Below are positions 61,230-64,000 of a stretch of DNA of 64,000 bases, one piece after another. The translations under genes and the position numbers were made by a program. Below the pieces are notes generated by a model that ran no database searches, was not told the origin of the DNA, and was given only the letters and a program-made list of their open reading frames with translations. Position 1 is the first letter of the stretch, and each line of letters begins with the position of its first letter. Source of the DNA: Octopus sinensis (Eukaryota); contig NC_042997.1 in NCBI RefSeq assembly GCF_006345805.1, positions 76,942,001 to 77,006,000 on the forward strand, read 5' to 3'.

Positions 61230-61450
61230 CCCTTTCATTACCAACCTGGCTGAAACTGGCTCTGACTCTGAGTACAAATGTCTTGTTTCCATAAGTTTTG
61301 AATTAAAATCTTCCAATTAAAATCTTAGTCACAATTTATGTTCCTAATACTAACTGAATGATAACTAAGTTATTTTACAAATTCTATGTTATATTTAAAG
61401 TAATTGAAAGAAACACAGAGAATCTCAAAATAAATACGGTAACGAAAGGG
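61230..61450. mobile_element. piggyBac-like MITE (TIR family of 4607)
   Basis: TTAA|CCCTTTCATTACC ... GGTAACGAAAGGG|TTAA. Confidence 0.75.
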
Positions 61451-61896
61451 TTAAGGTTAATTGGGTATATTTATTAACAATCAACCAAATCAGCCTGTTG
61501 GAGAGGTCTATCTTTGCATACCTAGTGAAAATATCCAAATTCACATCATCGAAGGCAAATAACTCTTACATATATTGGGTAAACATGTGTGCATGATCAA
61601 ATTGCACCATTAATACATATGTAAGTTGAATTGTTGATGTAACCATGATGTTTCTGAGATCTGATGAACTATTTTTATTTACATTAATTTGTGAATATAT
61701 GATTATATTGTGTGATGCTGAGCATATATATTAATGCCAACATATACGCTGAATTTCTTGTCTACTAAAGTTAAAACTATACAAAGAAGTTGCAAAATGG
61801 CCATAATCCTGTGGAAGTCATGGTTAAATAAATCTCTAGTCACCTCTCATACCTCCTGATTTTATACTTTTCTATACTCCTCACAAAATAAATCTA

Positions 61897-62070
61897 TTGT
61901 GTCTGGGGAGAGTCATTCTCTTTTAGTGCCTTATTATTTAACACACTCACTGGTAAAATTTCCACTTATTTCCACTAAAAGAGAATTATTCTTCCCAGAC
62001 ACAACAGAATATGCTTCAACACACGAACTCATATAAAGAATCTTGCAAACCAAAAAACGAAAAAATAAAT
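61897..62070. mobile_element. Head-to-head inverted pair of the terminal repeat of the 55050-58010 PLE family
   Basis: 61897-61972 matches 55056-55130 on +; 61973-62070 matches 57907-58000 on +. Confidence 0.75.
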
Positions 62071-62499
62071 CTAGTTTTCTGGATACTCAGCTACATAGAA
62101 CACTTTATATTAGACTACTTTATAATTGATTACTATGTGGATTGATAGCTGAGTCTGTATGAGGAGCTTACTGTGATGGCTGCATGATCCTTTGAAACCA
62201 TATCTTACACTACTCATTTATATTTATATGTGATTACTATAATAATAATAATAAGGATTATTTCAAAGTAGCATAGCTTTACCTTTAATTCTGTGTTATA
62301 TATATACAGCTTCAAATAGACCTGCACATGGTTCTACTGCATTGATTAGTGACTGTTGCATTTGCAACCCTGCTGTAATACTGGTGCAATTTCTTTAGGG
62401 TCTTCACTTCAATATCCTTTGATTTAACTGTTTAAAGTTTTTTGTTTATTTACTCTGTGTTGTATGATATGGAGTTGTTCGTTAATTTAAGACGCGAAC

Positions 62500-62850
62500 T
62501 ATCTTCAATTCAAGTTTTAATTGGATAATCACTTATCCAATTCTGTTGTTTAAATGTTTATTACTCATTTATACTGAGCAAAGGTAAATTTCCTCACATG
62601 CAACCATCTTAAAGCTTGTTCCTGTCTAGAATTTATTATATTACCCGTAGATGTGAAATGGGTTGCAATTTTTCTATACAAAGGTCACATTTATTAGTTC
62701 CTAGTCTGTATGGTTTTGCAGTACTAATTAATTCACAATTAATAGTATAGTTTTCATTTTTGTCTTTAATAGACCAGATTAATTTACTTAGACTTGTTTG
62801 GAATCTTTTACCTCCATCGCTACATGAACTTACTACATATATTAGTAAAC
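62500..62850 (-). mobile_element. PLE GIY-YIG C-terminal fragment
   Basis: TSLSKLIWSIKD..YTINCELISTAKPY...CDLCIEK within ORF 62636-63013. Confidence 0.65.
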
Positions 62851-63800
62851 AAGAAAACAAACAGTGGCCCTGTTCGATTTGTAGGAAAGGTGTAGGCGGG
62901 AACTCCATTTGGTGTACCCAGTGTAAGCTATGGACATACAGGAGGTGCAGTGGATTAATAGGAAGGTTATCAAAGAAAGTAGCGTTTTTATATGGAAGAT
63001 TGACAGGGTCCATAAAAAAGCTATAGTCTCAGGAAATTGCTTTTCTCAAATGCCCTGGTGGCTCATTAGAGGCAGTAGATAATTTCTACTACTTAGGGAA
63101 CCAAATTGATAATGGAATAGGATGGAGGAAATTCAGAGAGCTTTTACCTCTGTTGACTACAAAAGGTTTCTCTCTTTGAGTGAAAGGAAGATTGTGTGAT
63201 CCATGTATATGGACAGCAATTCTACATGGTAGCGAGATGTGAACCCTGAATGCAGAAGATACATAAAGGTTAGAGAGGAATGAGGCCAGTGTGCTCTGCT
63301 GGATGAATAATGTAAGTGTACATGTTCTACAGAGTGCTAGTAAATTGAGAATGTAGGCATAAGAGGAATTAGATGTTGCGTGCCAGAGAGAAGACTGCAC
63401 TGGTTTGGTCATGTGATATAGTTGGATGTCAACAACTCCATAAAGAAATGCCAATCTCAGAGTAGGTGGGACATACATGAAAGTGGAAGACCCAGGAAAG
63501 CATGGGGCAAAGTACTGACAGACGATCTAAAGATGCTGAAGCTTTCAGGCAAGATGACAAAAGACCAGGATACCTGGTGCCTTACTGTACTCAAGAAAAC
63601 CTGTACTCCACAGCAGGAATGTTCAGGCTGGTCTTCCTGGTGAATTGGATTGGCCTGCAAGAGTCCTATACTGGTGCAAAATCACCCAACACACTCTGTA
63701 AAGTGGTTGGCATTAGGAAGGGCATGCCAAATCATACTGGAGCCTGGTACAACTCTCCAGCTTGCCAACATGGACAACAGACATTAAATGATGATGGGGT
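62850..63800 (+). mobile_element. Old RTE 3' fragment with (GAT)n tail
   Basis: WPCSICRKGVGGNSIWCTQCKLW, GRPRKAW and tail ..ACAGACATTAAATGATGATG. Confidence 0.8.
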
Positions 63801-64000
63801 AGAGATACATAAGTGTGCATGTATATGACTGTGTTGTGATACTCATGTTGGCTTCTGTCTTCCTTACTTTTTAATGTTCTTTCATTCTAGTTTTCTTATG
63901 GATACACAAAAGACATTTTTGTTTCTTTGTGAATAAAGTCAATAATGAAAATTTGTATGGTTACTATTGTAGGCTTGACTGTGTTTTTGGTTCAGTCCTA

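Noticed and set aside
62170-62200. CTGTGATGG...GAAAC as a hammerhead
   Set aside because: Core and stems are too degenerate, and it is antisense to the adjacent PLE fragment.

Overview
AT-rich, microsatellite-laden eukaryotic non-coding DNA built almost entirely from nested transposon debris. The repeat families look like those of an octopus/cephalopod; this is inference from recalled repeat types and is unverified. No host exon, rRNA or intact tRNA could be supported. Contents: about nine RTE-clade LINE copies, including a near full-length one at ~17.3-21.5 kb (-) with a PHD-like finger inside the RT; at least five Penelope-like element (PLE) copies or fragments from several lineages; R4/Dong-like LINE fragments at (TAA)n tracts; tRNA-derived SINEs; non-autonomous Helitrons; TTAA-flanked piggyBac-like MITEs; and one decayed mariner. 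The most interesting signal is RNA-level: a set of minimal type I hammerhead ribozyme (HHR) motifs at PLE termini. Three share one architecture (N3-UGA-N-N8-A-G, GUNRC/GYRAC stem II, GAAA, loopless or near-palindromic stem III, U17) but carry three different Watson-Crick pairs at core positions 3-8: G-C at 28364, C-G at 53034 and U-A at 55179. One foldback insertion (36247) starts 2 nt after the predicted cleavage site of the G3-C8 variant. Several long palindromes (28.2, 36.2, 53.5, 59.6, 61.9 kb) look like head-to-head inverted PLE terminal repeats.
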